Origin: Pyrinomonadaceae bacterium
GTDB lineage: Bacteria; Acidobacteriota; Blastocatellia; Pyrinomonadales; Pyrinomonadaceae
Direction: 5' to 3'
NCBI GenBank assembly: GCA_046313635.1
Contig: JBKBYA010000001.1
Location: 703,471-767,470, forward strand
DNA: 64,000 bases
Within the stretch, counting starts at the first letter, position 1, and each line of letters opens with the position of its first letter. A program made the translations under genes and the position numbers. Below, one piece after another: positions 1 to 10,309 of the stretch. Below the pieces are notes generated by a model. It made no database searches and was not told the origin of the DNA. It saw only the letters and a list, made by a program, of their open reading frames with translations.

Positions 1-218
1 ATCCTCGGTTTTTACCGATCCGCACGAGCGATAGGTACGCTTGAGTCGACCGGAGATAATTGATCGCCCGTCGGCCGTGTCCGGCGCGGTTCGGTTGGAC
101 GTGGGACAAGGTTCGTGATTCCATTCGCTCTCCCTCAGCAAATGCGAGCTTCGTGAAAACGTCTCGGGAAAGCGGCAAAAGATCAGACGGGTTCTATCCA
201 ATATAGGCAAACACAAAT

Positions 219-2945
219 ATGAAATCCATATTCCTCCTCATAACTCTCATTTTGTCCACGTGCGCGTCCGCCGCAGCTCAACAATACGTGGGGTACGCCG
301 GGCACGATATGACGATCCTGAAAAACGCGGCCGGGAAATACGGCTATTCGGAGAACTCTTACGGGAAGGACATCAAGACTCTGAAGATGCTGATCCCTTT
401 TCGTTACGACAGCGCGTCGGAATTCAATGACGCCGGCTACGCAGTCGTCGAGATCGCGGGCAAATGGGGCGTGATCGATAAGACCGGCAAGACGATCGTG
501 CCGATCGAATACGACTACGCCCACAACGTCGAGAACGGAATGGCCGTGGTCGAGCGCGGCGGCAAATTTGGGGCGGTCGATCTCACCGGGCGGTTAGCGA
601 TACCGTTCGATTACGAGGTTCTTGGATCATTCGACAAATTCGGATTGGCGACGGCCAACCGTTGGGGTCAGGACGGAATAATAAACAAAGAAAACAAGGT
701 GATGCTGCCGTTCGATTTTATCTCGGCTGCGTCCGCGGGCGACGGATTCATGCGATCGTTCGGTGTCGACGGCTGGAAGCACTACGATCCGACCGGCAAG
801 GAGATCCTCTCCGGGTACCAGCCCGAAAACGTCTCAAAGGGCGGATACTTTGCCGCGCAGAAGCAGGGTGGCAAATTTGGCCTTTTCAGCAAAACGGGAG
901 CCGTCGTGCTGCCGGAGGAATATGATCGGATCGAAGTGGGCAGCAACGGAACATCCGTAATGCTGAAGAAGGACGGCCTCTACGGTCTCTACGATCTTAA
1001 AACAAAATCGTGGCTGATCCCGCGTGAGAACCAATTCATGATGCTTGACGGCGACCGACTGGTACAGGTCGACAAAACGGAAAACGGCCCGTCGTACTTT
1101 GCGGATCTCTCGGGCAAAAACGTGTTTGGTGTTGAGTTTCAGGCTGCGGACCCATTCAAGGATTCGAGTGCCACGCTCGTCAAACGAAACGGAAAATGGG
1201 GTCTGATCGACCGTACCGGTAAATTTGTCCTCGCTCCGGAATTTGAAAAAGAGTCCATTAAATTCGTTTCCGATGACCGCATCGCTGCGAAAAAGGCCGA
1301 GGACCCTTCTTGCAAACCGTGCGGTTGGGGATTGACGGCCCTGAACGGCCAGGTGATCCTGCCGTTTTATTACGCCAAGCCGGACCGCAACTTTTTCGAA
1401 AGAAGGATCGATGGTCTTCTTAAGCGAAGCCCGTTCGAGCCTGAGACGTCCACGCATAAGTACGGAGTGATCCTGGATCTGCGGACCGGCAAACCCGGTG
1501 TCGTGGACACGCAGGGCAACTGGATACTCAAGCCCGGCGAGCCATATGAGGATATGAAGCTGAACGGGGCCAGCTCGTTCAATGACTACGGATTCCTGCT
1601 TCCGGTAAAGAAGAACGGCAAGTGGGGCGTCTACGAACTGAATTCGCGCCGCGAGATCATCCCGCCAACAATTGTTACCGACGGCGATGGCTTTTCCGAA
1701 ATTAGGGACGAAAATAGCCATGCTAATTTTTTCGACCGCGACCGCGGATGGGGCATCGCTGTGTACAGTACGGGCAAAGTATTTAAGCCCGGCGCTTACA
1801 GCTACGAAGACTATGACGAGGAAACGAAGCTGCTCACCGTGACGAAAGGCGGTAACCGGGGATCGGACCGTCTGTCGGGCAAGTCCGCTGAGGAAAAGGC
1901 AATAGCTCTAATGAACGGCTCGACGGGTGAGCTTATGGGGCTGATGCGGCTCGATGGCACGATGGTGACCAAACTCGAGTACGACAAGCTGATGTTCAAC
2001 CGCGACGCTGGCGATCGTTATTGGGCAGTGAAAAATGGCAAAGGCGGATGGATAGATCTAAACGGCAGGACGATCATTCCGCATGTTTACGATCTGTGGA
2101 TCACGGAAGCAGGACGCGGATTTTTGGCGATACTCGACAGTCAATCGTTCGATTCTGACGGGTTGGCTCTAGTTATCTTCAAGGGCGAGGTCGTGCTTAT
2201 CGACAAAGTGGGAAAGATCGTCCGGCGAGCGTCCGACCTCGGCGCGCCGAGAGAGGCTTATTTAACGCAGAGCGATCTTGGCAAGACACGGTATTTCTCT
2301 GCGAGTTACGAAATCGACGACAAGAAGCACGAAAAGTTTTTGATAAATGGAAAGATCTACGGGAATGACGAGGATGCGAAGTACTTCCACGACGATCTTA
2401 TAGTCATGACGCGAGACGGGCTGTACGGATACCTCGACCGCGCCGGAAACGAAGTGATCCCGTTCATCTATACCAAGGCCGGTGACTTCAACGGCGGGAT
2501 CGCGTCGGTGATGACGGATAAGGACGCCTTCTATATCAATCGCAGAGGCGAGCGGCTTTACACGATCGATCCCCTCATCATCATTACCCGGCGAAGCAGA
2601 AGCATGACGCCCCTTATCAAGAACAGTGAGGTCGTGCGCACGATCGATGTCGCGGAGGCGAAGCAGGCGTTCGACACCGGCGCTGTATTCGTTGATACGC
2701 GATCGGCAGAGGGTTATACGAGCGAGCATATTAGAGGAGCCTTGAACATAGAGAAGTCTGCGCTCGAAGCCAACATCACGAAGCTGCCAAAGACAAAGAA
2801 GATCATTGCTTACTGCTCCTGTCCGCGTGAAGAATCGAGCGGCAACTTTATTTACGAGCTAAAGAAAAGAGGTTACACAGAGGTCTACGCACTTCGCGGC
2901 GGTACTAACGCGTGGAAAAATGCGGGTTTTCCGATGGGGAACTGA
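219..2945 (+). CDS. Secreted WG (KWG)-repeat protein with C-terminal rhodanese-like domain
   Basis: Signal peptide (ASA-AAQ); many 'GKWGxID+xG+xxIP..YD' repeats; C-terminus 'FVDTRS..Y..EHIRGALNI...YCSC...GYTEVYALRGGTNAWKNAGFP'. Confidence 0.8.
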   Translation: MKSIFLLITLILSTCASAAAQQYVGYAGHDMTILKNAAGKYGYSENSYGKDIKTLKMLIPFRYDSASEFNDAGYAVVEIAGKWGVIDKTGKTIVPIEYDYAHNVENGMAVVERGGKFGAVDLTGRLAIPFDYEVLGSFDKFGLATANRWGQDGIINKENKVMLPFDFISAASAGDGFMRSFGVDGWKHYDPTGKEILSGYQPENVSKGGYFAAQKQGGKFGLFSKTGAVVLPEEYDRIEVGSNGTSVMLKKDGLYGLYDLKTKSWLIPRENQFMMLDGDRLVQVDKTENGPSYFADLSGKNVFGVEFQAADPFKDSSATLVKRNGKWGLIDRTGKFVLAPEFEKESIKFVSDDRIAAKKAEDPSCKPCGWGLTALNGQVILPFYYAKPDRNFFERRIDGLLKRSPFEPETSTHKYGVILDLRTGKPGVVDTQGNWILKPGEPYEDMKLNGASSFNDYGFLLPVKKNGKWGVYELNSRREIIPPTIVTDGDGFSEIRDENSHANFFDRDRGWGIAVYSTGKVFKPGAYSYEDYDEETKLLTVTKGGNRGSDRLSGKSAEEKAIALMNGSTGELMGLMRLDGTMVTKLEYDKLMFNRDAGDRYWAVKNGKGGWIDLNGRTIIPHVYDLWITEAGRGFLAILDSQSFDSDGLALVIFKGEVVLIDKVGKIVRRASDLGAPREAYLTQSDLGKTRYFSASYEIDDKKHEKFLINGKIYGNDEDAKYFHDDLIVMTRDGLYGYLDRAGNEVIPFIYTKAGDFNGGIASVMTDKDAFYINRRGERLYTIDPLIIITRRSRSMTPLIKNSEVVRTIDVAEAKQAFDTGAVFVDTRSAEGYTSEHIRGALNIEKSALEANITKLPKTKKIIAYCSCPREESSGNFIYELKKRGYTEVYALRGGTNAWKNAGFPMGN

Positions 2946-3036
2946 TCTTGCGGGAGCGCGAAGTCTGAATGGGCGGAGACGGCCTTGTAATAGTGATACA
3001 AGAAAGATCAATGCAGACCAAGGATCCGGACGAACT

Positions 3037-3432
3037 ATGGCAAAAGGTGACGAATTCTTTTTAGCGAATACCAGAGCCTCGGTGCACTTCGTCTGCTTTG
3101 ATTGCCGCGTTTCATTCAGGCAGCCGGGATCGTCGCATTGGGACCCCACGGTACCGACGCGGGCGTTTCCGTGCCCTGAGTGCAGATCCCCGATGCAGCC
3201 GATGGGGCGGCACTTCAAGGCCCCGCCGCGCCGCGACAAGCGCCAGTGGCTCAAAGTCGAGTTGCTTTACCAGCACGGGGAACGATTTGAATCCGGGACT
3301 TCTGGCTTGAACGAAAAGTGCCGCACGCTGGCGGATACAGTCGAATACCTGGCGACACAGGGGCGTTCCGCCGATTCGGTGCTGGACGTTCTGCATCGGA
3401 TACAAAGGCAGCGTCGAGGCGGCTCGAAATAG
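3037..3432 (+). CDS. Hypothetical Zn-ribbon protein (two CxxC)
   Basis: ATG at 3037; motifs CFDC and CPEC, then MGRHFKAP..D..QW.KV. Confidence 0.65.
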   Translation: MAKGDEFFLANTRASVHFVCFDCRVSFRQPGSSHWDPTVPTRAFPCPECRSPMQPMGRHFKAPPRRDKRQWLKVELLYQHGERFESGTSGLNEKCRTLADTVEYLATQGRSADSVLDVLHRIQRQRRGGSK

Positions 3433-3495
3433 CGGGATCTCGGCGGGCCGGCGGAAATTCCGCCGCCGTGTTCGTCGATTTAAATTCGTGCAGAT

Positions 3496-4041
3496 ATGAA
3501 AAAGTTTATTCCTATCGTCTGCTTAATGCTCGTCCTGAGCGGCGTCACGGCAGCTCAGAGGAAGCGCAAGCCCAAGTCGCCACCGACACCGCCGTCTCCG
3601 GTGTTCGTTCTGAAGGAGGAGCCAAAAGCGAAGTGTGCCAACGACTCCGTGAATGAGCTTCTGAAATACGATCCATCCGGTACGGTGGTCTCGACTGAGA
3701 GCAGACCGGGCGAATCCGCAAAAACGGACTGCTCGCCGGATAACGCCGGTTCGTCGTCCGGAGCAAAGGGCCTCAGCTCCCCGCTTAAGATCCTGAGCAA
3801 GCCAAAGGCAAACTACACCGACGCGGCTCGAGCGAATAAAGTGAGCGGCCGAGTCAAGTTGACGGTCACATTTCTGGCCTCAGGTCGAGTTGGTTCGATC
3901 CGGCCCTTGGCCGGCCTGCCTAACGGATTGACCGAACAGGCCGTCATCGCTGCACGAAACATCCGATTCGAACCCGAACGAAGAAACGGTGCGCCGGTGT
4001 CGGTGTCCAGAATCGTCGTCTACGACTTCGCCATATACTGA
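3496..4041 (+). CDS. TonB C-terminal-domain protein with signal peptide
   Basis: Signal peptide, Pro-rich linker, 'KPKANYTDAARANKVSGRVKL...GLTEQAVIAARNIRFEP'. Confidence 0.85.
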   Translation: MKKFIPIVCLMLVLSGVTAAQRKRKPKSPPTPPSPVFVLKEEPKAKCANDSVNELLKYDPSGTVVSTESRPGESAKTDCSPDNAGSSSGAKGLSSPLKILSKPKANYTDAARANKVSGRVKLTVTFLASGRVGSIRPLAGLPNGLTEQAVIAARNIRFEPERRNGAPVSVSRIVVYDFAIY

Positions 4042-4128
4042 GCGGGCGTCCGCGAGGCACGCCGACGAGAGGGATCGTAAACGGCATTTGCCCCTGCACT
4101 AATTCGCAGCAACTGGCAAAAACCTCGA

Positions 4129-4161
4129 GGCCCGAAGACGAGCGCTTCGGGCTTTTTATTT
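4129..4161 (+). terminator. Rho-independent terminator
   Basis: GCCCGAAG / CTTCGGGC stem followed by TTTTTATTT. Confidence 0.75.
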
Positions 4162-4301
4162 CGCCGGAAAAAACAGACAATGAACTTGCGGCGAAACGTA
4201 CTGCCGCAGAGCGGAAATCACGCGAGGCGGCGCGATCGTCATTTTTCTTCGACCTCTGAGATCTAGGCGGGCCACAATTTTTAGCGGACCAGAGCAGTTT
4301 T

Positions 4302-5768
4302 ATGGGTAACGCAAGAACACTTGGGGAACTAAAGGCAAGCGGGTATGTCCCACGGTCGGTCAAGGACGAGATGCGGTCGAATCTGATCGCAAAGCTGCGT
4401 GCGGGCGAGCGACTGTTTCCGGGCATCGTGGGTTACGACGAGACGGTCGTGCCGCAGTTGGTGAATGCCGTTTTGGCAAAGCACAACTTCATTCTGCTAG
4501 GGCTGCGCGGTCAGGCAAAGAGCCGGATCATCCGGCAGCTCACCGACCTGCTCGACGAGGAGATCCCGATCATCGCGGGCTCGGAGATCAACGACGATCC
4601 ATTCAGGCCGCTGAGCGCTTTCGGCCGGCAGCAGCTCGAGCTGCACGGCGACGAGCTAAAGATCGACTGGGTCCATCGCGACAATCGCTTTGTCGAAAAG
4701 CTCGCGACGCCCGACGTGACGATCGCCGACATCATCGGCGACGTCGACCCGATCAAGGCGGCAAAGGGCGGGCACCTTTTGTCTGACGAGCTGACGATCC
4801 ACTTCGGCCTTTTGCCGCGGGCCAATCGCGGCATCTTTGCGATCAACGAGCTGCCCGACCTCGCCGGTAAAATTCAGGTCGGCCTTTTCAACATCATGCA
4901 GGAGGGCGACGTGCAGATAAAGGGCTATCCGGTCCGCCTGCCGCTCGACGTGATGCTCGTCTTCTCGGCAAATCCCGAAGACTACACCGCACGGGGCAAG
5001 ATCATCACGCCGCTCAAGGACCGCATCGGCGCCGAGATACAGACGCATTACCCAAAGGACGTCGCGACCAGCGCCGAGATCACACGGCAGGAAGCGTGGG
5101 TCGATCGCGGTGAAGGGGCACGGATAGATATACCGGACTTTATAAAAGAGACGATCGAGCAGATCGCATTCGAAGCGCGTGACGACCAGCGGATCGACAA
5201 GCGTTCCGGAGTGTCGCAGCGTTTCTCGATCAGCACGCTGGAGGCTGCCGTATCAAATGCCGAAAGGCGTTCGCTGACGACGGGCGAGCCCGAGATCGTT
5301 CCGCGTATCTCGGACATTTACGCCGCTTTGCCGGCGATGACCGGCAAGATGGAGCTCGAGTACGAGGGCGAGCAGATCGGCGCGACGCGGCTCGCGCGAG
5401 ACCTGATCAAGCGCGCGACGGGTGTGATCTTTGAAGGCTTTTTTCTCGGGATCGATTTTACCCCGACGGTGCGCTGGTTTGACGCGGGCAACAAGCTGCT
5501 GCTCTCTGACAACGCCTCGGCCGACGAATGCGTGACCCTGCTCGACGGCGTACCCGACCTGATCGAGTCGACGCTCGTGCCTTTAGAATTCGGCCGCGAC
5601 GATAAGGCCAAGCTCGTCTCGGCATGCGAATTCGTCCTTGAGGGCCTCTACGCGCAAAACAAGATCTCGCGAAACGAAGAGGGCGGCTTCGAGGCCGTGA
5701 CCAAAGCCAAGCGCGACCGCCGCGGGATGATCTACGAGGACTTTACGGATATCGAGGGATACAACTAA
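4302..5768 (+). CDS. Mg-chelatase/MoxR-like AAA+ ATPase (Rv0958-type)
   Basis: Variant Walker A GLRGQAKS, '[10 protein letters not shown]' Walker B region, '[21 protein letters not shown]'. Confidence 0.85.
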   Translation: MGNARTLGELKASGYVPRSVKDEMRSNLIAKLRAGERLFPGIVGYDETVVPQLVNAVLAKHNFILLGLRGQAKSRIIRQLTDLLDEEIPIIAGSEINDDPFRPLSAFGRQQLELHGDELKIDWVHRDNRFVEKLATPDVTIADIIGDVDPIKAAKGGHLLSDELTIHFGLLPRANRGIFAINELPDLAGKIQVGLFNIMQEGDVQIKGYPVRLPLDVMLVFSANPEDYTARGKIITPLKDRIGAEIQTHYPKDVATSAEITRQEAWVDRGEGARIDIPDFIKETIEQIAFEARDDQRIDKRSGVSQRFSISTLEAAVSNAERRSLTTGEPEIVPRISDIYAALPAMTGKMELEYEGEQIGATRLARDLIKRATGVIFEGFFLGIDFTPTVRWFDAGNKLLLSDNASADECVTLLDGVPDLIESTLVPLEFGRDDKAKLVSACEFVLEGLYAQNKISRNEEGGFEAVTKAKRDRRGMIYEDFTDIEGYN

Positions 5769-5910
5769 GGCCGGCTGAATTAGGTAAGCCTGGAAAGCGG
5801 GATCTGAATGTCTGCTTTTCTAAAGTCTTCCTTCACCGAGCGGAAAATCTATGCTCTTCCGCTCGCCGAGAGAGACGCCGGAAAAAGGCTTGTATCAGCA
5901 TTGAGTGTTA

Positions 5911-5937
5911 CGCCCTCGCTAACGCGCGGGCTTCTGC
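5911..5937. repeat. Single REP-like palindrome, related to the arms at 30440-30556
   Basis: GCCCTCGCTAACGCGCGGGCTTCTG resembles GCCCTTACTCACGTGCGGGCTGCTG. Confidence 0.6.
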
Positions 5938-5969
5938 AAAAAAAGAGACCGTCGTTTCCGACGGCCTCA
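5938..5969 (-). terminator. Rho-independent terminator for 6000..6311
   Basis: Minus strand GAGGCCGTCG-GAAA-CGACGGTCTC-TTTTTTT. Confidence 0.75.
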
Positions 5970-5999
5970 TCACCTTCCCCGGTTCGTTATAACGTCAAC

Positions 6000-6311
6000 T
6001 TAGTACCGACGCTGTTTCGGTTTGATCTTGTACGTGTAGATCGCCGAGCCCGCGGCACCTGCGGCCGTTCCGAGCAGTGCGCCCTTTTTGCCGCCGATCA
6101 GTCCGCCGATCAGCGCGCCCGCGCCTGTGCCGATCGCCATGTTGATGACATTGCGGTGACGGCGATAGAAGCTCGGCCGCTCATAGGTCGATGCCGCGTA
6201 GCTGCGCGTGCGGTAGACGCGACGGGTCTGCGCGTCGGCCGAGGTCGCAAACATCGGGACCATTACCGCAAACATCGCCATCATCATTAATGTCGTGATG
6301 AATTTTTTCAT
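6000..6311 (-). CDS. Small secreted Arg/Tyr-rich glycine-zipper protein (paralog 1)
   Basis: Signal peptide (ADA-Q), GxxxG zipper 'GTGAGALIGGLIGGKKGALLGTAAGAAG'. Confidence 0.85.
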   Translation of the reverse strand: MKKFITTLMMMAMFAVMVPMFATSADAQTRRVYRTRSYAASTYERPSFYRRHRNVINMAIGTGAGALIGGLIGGKKGALLGTAAGAAGSAIYTYKIKPKQRRY

Positions 6312-6367
6312 TGCTCAAATCTCCCTGAAAAATCTTTCGAGACCTTTCATCTCGCTGCCATAAAGTC

Positions 6368-6383
6368 GGCAATGACCGTGCCA
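6368..6383 (-). promoter_or_regulatory. Sigma54 -24/-12 promoter
   Basis: Minus strand TGGCAC-GGTCA-TTGC, matching consensus TGGCAC-N5-TTGC, about 57 nt upstream of the ATG at 6311. Confidence 0.7.
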
Positions 6384-6495
6384 TTGGCCGAGGTGTTGAA
6401 ATAGCGTGATTTACCCAGCCCGAGGCGGATCGCTGCGTCCGCGACGGGCACGATATCGGGAAGCGGATCTTCGTTATCGTATGCCGGCACAAATA

Positions 6496-6531
6496 GAAAA
6501 GCCGCGAGACCCGACGTGCCCGCGGCTTTTC
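6496..6531. terminator. Terminator hairpin (bidirectional-type) after paralog 2
   Basis: GAAAAGCCGCG ... CGCGGCTTTTC. Confidence 0.65.
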
Positions 6532-6549
6532 AGAACGGTCCGAAAGACG

Positions 6550-6909
6550 TTAGTACGATCGATAGTAACGACGCCGTTTCGGAACGAGCTTGTAGGTGTA
6601 AAGGGCCGAGCTGCCGAGACCGACGAGGGCTCCTATCCCTGCGCCGCGACGACCGCCGAGCAGGCCGCCGACGAGGGCTCCGCCGCCGGTGCCGATCGCC
6701 ATATTTATGACGTTGCGGTGACGACGGTAGAAGCTCGGACGCCTCTCGGCGACGTAACTTCGCGTCGCGTAGGTCGGCGTGCGGTTATACGTTCGGGCCG
6801 CGTAGCTGCGTTTGCGATGCTTGCGGCAGCTTGGATGAGCTTCCGTGGTGAGCGGCAGGCCCACGGCGAAAACCAGTAGCATCATTGATGTGACCAAAAA
6901 CTTTTTCAT
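6550..6909 (-). CDS. Small secreted Arg/Tyr-rich glycine-zipper protein (paralog 2)
   Basis: GGAAGGAAGG RBS before ATG 6909; shares 'RPSFYRRHRNVINMAIGTG.GAL.GGL.GG' with paralog 1. Confidence 0.85.
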   Translation of the reverse strand: MKKFLVTSMMLLVFAVGLPLTTEAHPSCRKHRKRSYAARTYNRTPTYATRSYVAERRPSFYRRHRNVINMAIGTGGGALVGGLLGGRRGAGIGALVGLGSSALYTYKLVPKRRRYYRSY

Positions 6910-7053
6910 AGTGAGAAACACCTTCCTTCCTAAAGATCTAGTGACGAGGAGAGCAGTGTGCTAAGTTTTTGGAGAGAGTTTTTGAGCTTGTGAGCGCATC
7001 TCAAAGATAACTTTGCGCGGCGCGATTAATCAAGCCTCAGGAGCGGGCCGGTA

Positions 7054-8376
7054 ATGAAATTCGTTCGCTATTCCAAGTTCAGCGGCTTTGACGTCTTTGG
7101 CGTAGATCTCGGCGGGCTGATGGACGCGCTCGCCGACAGGCTGCTCGACTCGGGATATTCGGACGATTACTGGTGGACGCGTTCGAGGCAGGAGCCGGAC
7201 GACTCGCTTGATGCGCTGCGGCAGGCGATACTGCAGGCGCTGCTCGACAACGAGATTATCAGTGAGCGCGACGTCGAGAAGATGCTTGCCGACAACGGCG
7301 GCAAGTTTAAGGGCTCGCTGCTTGAGGAGCTGATCAATAAACTTATCGAGCGGCTCGTCGACGAAGGATATTTGAACCTTAAAGAAGTGCCGCAGCAGCA
7401 GGTGCAGGGAAATGGCGGCGGCATGGGCGAGATCGGCGAGGCGATGCCACGCGATGTGCGATTTGAGGTGACGGAGAAAGGCCTCGACTTTCTGGGCTAC
7501 AAGACGCTGCAGAAGCTCCTCGGCAGTCTCGGCCGATCTTCGGTCGGGCGGCATCAGACGCATTATCTCGATACCGGCGTCGAGGCGGCGCTAAGTTCCA
7601 AGCTCTACGAATTCGGCGACACGATCAATCTCGACGTCAACGCGACGCTGCTATCTGCGATCTCGCGCGACGGCCTCAAAGTCCCGATCGAACTCGAGTA
7701 CAAGGACCTGCACGTGCACCAGCAGGATTACAGCTCGTCGTGCGCGACGGTGGTGATGCTTGACTGCTCGCACTCGATGATCCTCTACGGCGAAGACCGC
7801 TTTACGCCGGCCAAGAAGGTGACGCTCGCGCTCGCGCATCTGATCCGCACGCAGTATCCGGGCGATTCGCTGAAGATCGTTCTCTTTCACGACGGTGCCG
7901 AAGAGCTGCCGCTTGCGCGGCTTGCTTCGACGCAGGTCGGGCCGTATCACACGAACACGGCCGAGGGCCTCAAGCTCGCACGCCGCCTGCTTACCGCGCA
8001 GCGAAAGGAGATGAAGCAGATCGTCATGGTCACCGACGGCAAGCCGACCGCGGCCTTTGTCGAGCCGTCGACGATGGCGTACTTCGGCTATCGCAAATAC
8101 TCGAGCCGGATGCCCGGCGACAAGCGCCTTCTGTACAAAAACTCGATGGGCAACGACCCCTTCGTGATGGCCGAGACCTTCAAGGAAGTGCAGGCGTGCC
8201 GCAAGGCGGGCATTATGATCAACACGTTCATGCTTGCGAGCGACACGTACCTCATCGATTTCGTCAAGCGAATGACGGCGATGACGCGCGGCAAGGCTTA
8301 TTTTGCGAATCCGAACAACCTGTCGCAGTTCGTGCTGATGGATTTCCTCCGCCGGCGAACGAGCCGCGTGCGGTGA
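7054..8376 (+). CDS. vWA-domain protein, likely partner of the AAA+ ATPase (Rv0959-type)
   Basis: MIDAS motif DCSHSM, 'HTNTAEGL', 'MVTDGKPT'. Confidence 0.85.
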   Translation: MKFVRYSKFSGFDVFGVDLGGLMDALADRLLDSGYSDDYWWTRSRQEPDDSLDALRQAILQALLDNEIISERDVEKMLADNGGKFKGSLLEELINKLIERLVDEGYLNLKEVPQQQVQGNGGGMGEIGEAMPRDVRFEVTEKGLDFLGYKTLQKLLGSLGRSSVGRHQTHYLDTGVEAALSSKLYEFGDTINLDVNATLLSAISRDGLKVPIELEYKDLHVHQQDYSSSCATVVMLDCSHSMILYGEDRFTPAKKVTLALAHLIRTQYPGDSLKIVLFHDGAEELPLARLASTQVGPYHTNTAEGLKLARRLLTAQRKEMKQIVMVTDGKPTAAFVEPSTMAYFGYRKYSSRMPGDKRLLYKNSMGNDPFVMAETFKEVQACRKAGIMINTFMLASDTYLIDFVKRMTAMTRGKAYFANPNNLSQFVLMDFLRRRTSRVR

Positions 8377-8477
8377 GACCGGCGCGCGGTTTTGTGATAA
8401 TCTTTTCTCGCAAAAAAAGTATCAGCGGCCGACGGCCTCGAATCGGCTTTTCCGCATTAATTCTGAGCTACAACTGA

Positions 8478-9323
8478 ATGCTGAAGAACGAACTTCACGA
8501 CAAGACGTGGTTTTACGACCTGGAGTGGATACCCGATCCGCGCGGGGCGCGTCGTCTGCTCGATCTCGCCGAGGAGATGCCCGACCACGAGGCGATGCAG
8601 GCGCTCTGGAAGCACTGCGGCGCGACCGACGAGGAGCCGAGACCTTTTGTGAAGTACCTCTTTTCGCGGGTCGTCTCGATAGCGTTCCTCTCGCGCAACG
8701 TCGTCTTTCGCGACGGCGTCAAGACGATCGAATTCAAGCTCTACTCGCTGCCGAAGCTGCCGCTCAACGGCGACCCGACCGCGACCGAGGAATCGGCGAT
8801 CATCGGGCAGTTCCTGCACTACGTCGGCGAGCGAGACCCGTATCTCGTCGGCTACAATTCGGCCGCGTCCGACCTGCAGGTGCTCGTTCAGCGAAGTCTG
8901 GTCAACGAGATCACGGCGCCGAAATTCTGCCTCGTGCCGTCAAAGCCGTGGGAGGGCCGCGACTATTTTTACCGCTACAGCGAGGAGCACCTCGACCTGC
9001 TGCGGCTGCTGTCGAACGGCAAGATGACGCCGCGGCTCGACGAGATCGCAAAGCTCTGCGGATTCCCGGGCAAGATCGACGTCGACGGCAAGCAGGTCGT
9101 CGACCTATGGCTCGCCGGTGAACTGCAGAAGATCGTCGAGTACAACCAGATCGACGTGCTTAATACGTATCTCGTCTGGCTGCGCGTCGTGTACTTTTGC
9201 GGCAAGCTCACCGACGAGAAGTATCACGAGGAACTCGAGCTGTTTCGCGCGTTTCTCGAGGACGAGGCCCAAGACCCGAACAAGGCCCACGTGCGGCAGT
9301 TTGTCGAAGCGTGGGTTATGTGA
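8478..9323 (+). CDS. 3'-5' exonuclease related to the PolB exonuclease domain
   Basis: ExoI 'FYDLEW', ExoII 'GYNSAASDL', 'HLDLL', ExoIII 'YNQIDV'. Confidence 0.8.
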   Translation: MLKNELHDKTWFYDLEWIPDPRGARRLLDLAEEMPDHEAMQALWKHCGATDEEPRPFVKYLFSRVVSIAFLSRNVVFRDGVKTIEFKLYSLPKLPLNGDPTATEESAIIGQFLHYVGERDPYLVGYNSAASDLQVLVQRSLVNEITAPKFCLVPSKPWEGRDYFYRYSEEHLDLLRLLSNGKMTPRLDEIAKLCGFPGKIDVDGKQVVDLWLAGELQKIVEYNQIDVLNTYLVWLRVVYFCGKLTDEKYHEELELFRAFLEDEAQDPNKAHVRQFVEAWVM

Positions 9324-9417
9324 TCGGGCGAGTGCCCGCACGTAGCGGCATCAAGGCCGCGCGATATCAGAGCGCCGGCCGGCGCTCGCTCGGTCCCGAA
9401 CTCGAACAAATCGAAAG

Positions 9418-10242
9418 ATGCCTTCTAACTCGTTCAAGATCGGCAAGATCTACCAGGAAAACTGCATCAAGACCCTTGGCGAGCGCGTGCCCGACGACGC
9501 GATCGACATGACGCTGACGAGCCCGCCGTACGACGACCTGCGCGACTACAACGGCTATCATTTCCCGGTCGAGGAGATCGCGGCCCTGCTTTTTCAGAAG
9601 ACGAAGCCCGGCGGCGTCGTCGTCTGGGTCGTCGGCGACCGCACGTACAACGGCAGCGAATCGCTGACGAGCTTTCAGCACGCTTTTGTTTTTCGCGACG
9701 CGGGATTCAAGGTGCACGACACGATGATCTACGCTAAGAACAACCCGATCCCGTCGGACTGCGGCAAGCGCTACCGGCAGTCGTTCGAGTATATGTTCTG
9801 CTTTTCGAAGGGCTCGCCGGCGACCTTTAACCCGATCACGGAACCGACCAAGTCCGCGGGTCAAAAGATCAAGGCATTTCGCATCACCGGCAAAGGCCGC
9901 GGCAACGTGCCCGACGAGGACATCGGCCGAAAGATCAAGACGGAAAAAAAGGTCAGCAACATCTTCAGCTACAACGTCGGCACGTCGTCGTCGGAGGATA
10001 AGATCGCGTTCGAGCATCCGGCCATCTTTCCCGAGCAGCTCGCGCTCGACCAGATCTCGACCTGGACCAACGAGGGCGACCTCGTTTACGACTGCTTTAT
10101 GGGCAGCGGCACGACCGCCAAGGCGGCGACGGAGCTCGGTCGGCGTTGGTTCGGCAGCGAGATCTCGGGCGAATACGTCCGCATAGCCGAGCAGCGGCTG
10201 CGGGCTTTTGCCGCTGTGCGGGCAAACGGGCACGTCCGATGA
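9418..10242 (+). CDS. Site-specific DNA methyltransferase, N4/N6 beta class (orphan)
   Basis: Motif IV 'TSPPY' precedes 'HPAIFP' and motif I 'DCFMGSGTT'. Confidence 0.9.
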   Translation: MPSNSFKIGKIYQENCIKTLGERVPDDAIDMTLTSPPYDDLRDYNGYHFPVEEIAALLFQKTKPGGVVVWVVGDRTYNGSESLTSFQHAFVFRDAGFKVHDTMIYAKNNPIPSDCGKRYRQSFEYMFCFSKGSPATFNPITEPTKSAGQKIKAFRITGKGRGNVPDEDIGRKIKTEKKVSNIFSYNVGTSSSEDKIAFEHPAIFPEQLALDQISTWTNEGDLVYDCFMGSGTTAKAATELGRRWFGSEISGEYVRIAEQRLRAFAAVRANGHVR

Positions 10243-10309
10243 CCAACTATTCGCGGCTGCGGGGCGTCTATTGGACGTCGGTCAAAATTTGTCTCCGGAG
10301 TTAAGAGTT

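Noticed and set aside
1..4160. Possible attC cassette array (CALIN) among the accessory genes at the window start
   Set aside because: I could not find RYYYAAC...GTTRRRY attC-like inverted structures in the spacers by eye.
4042..4161. Possible riboswitch (GCGA-loop hairpin plus terminator) upstream of the AAA+ gene
   Set aside because: No match to aptamers I recognise; the simplest reading is the 3' UTR and terminator of the TonB-C gene.
4302..10242. AAA+/vWA/exonuclease/MTase as a single anti-phage system
   Set aside because: The AAA+/vWA pair is a widespread chaperone-type module, is interrupted by antisense genes, and has core-like codon usage; there is no evidence of a functional link.
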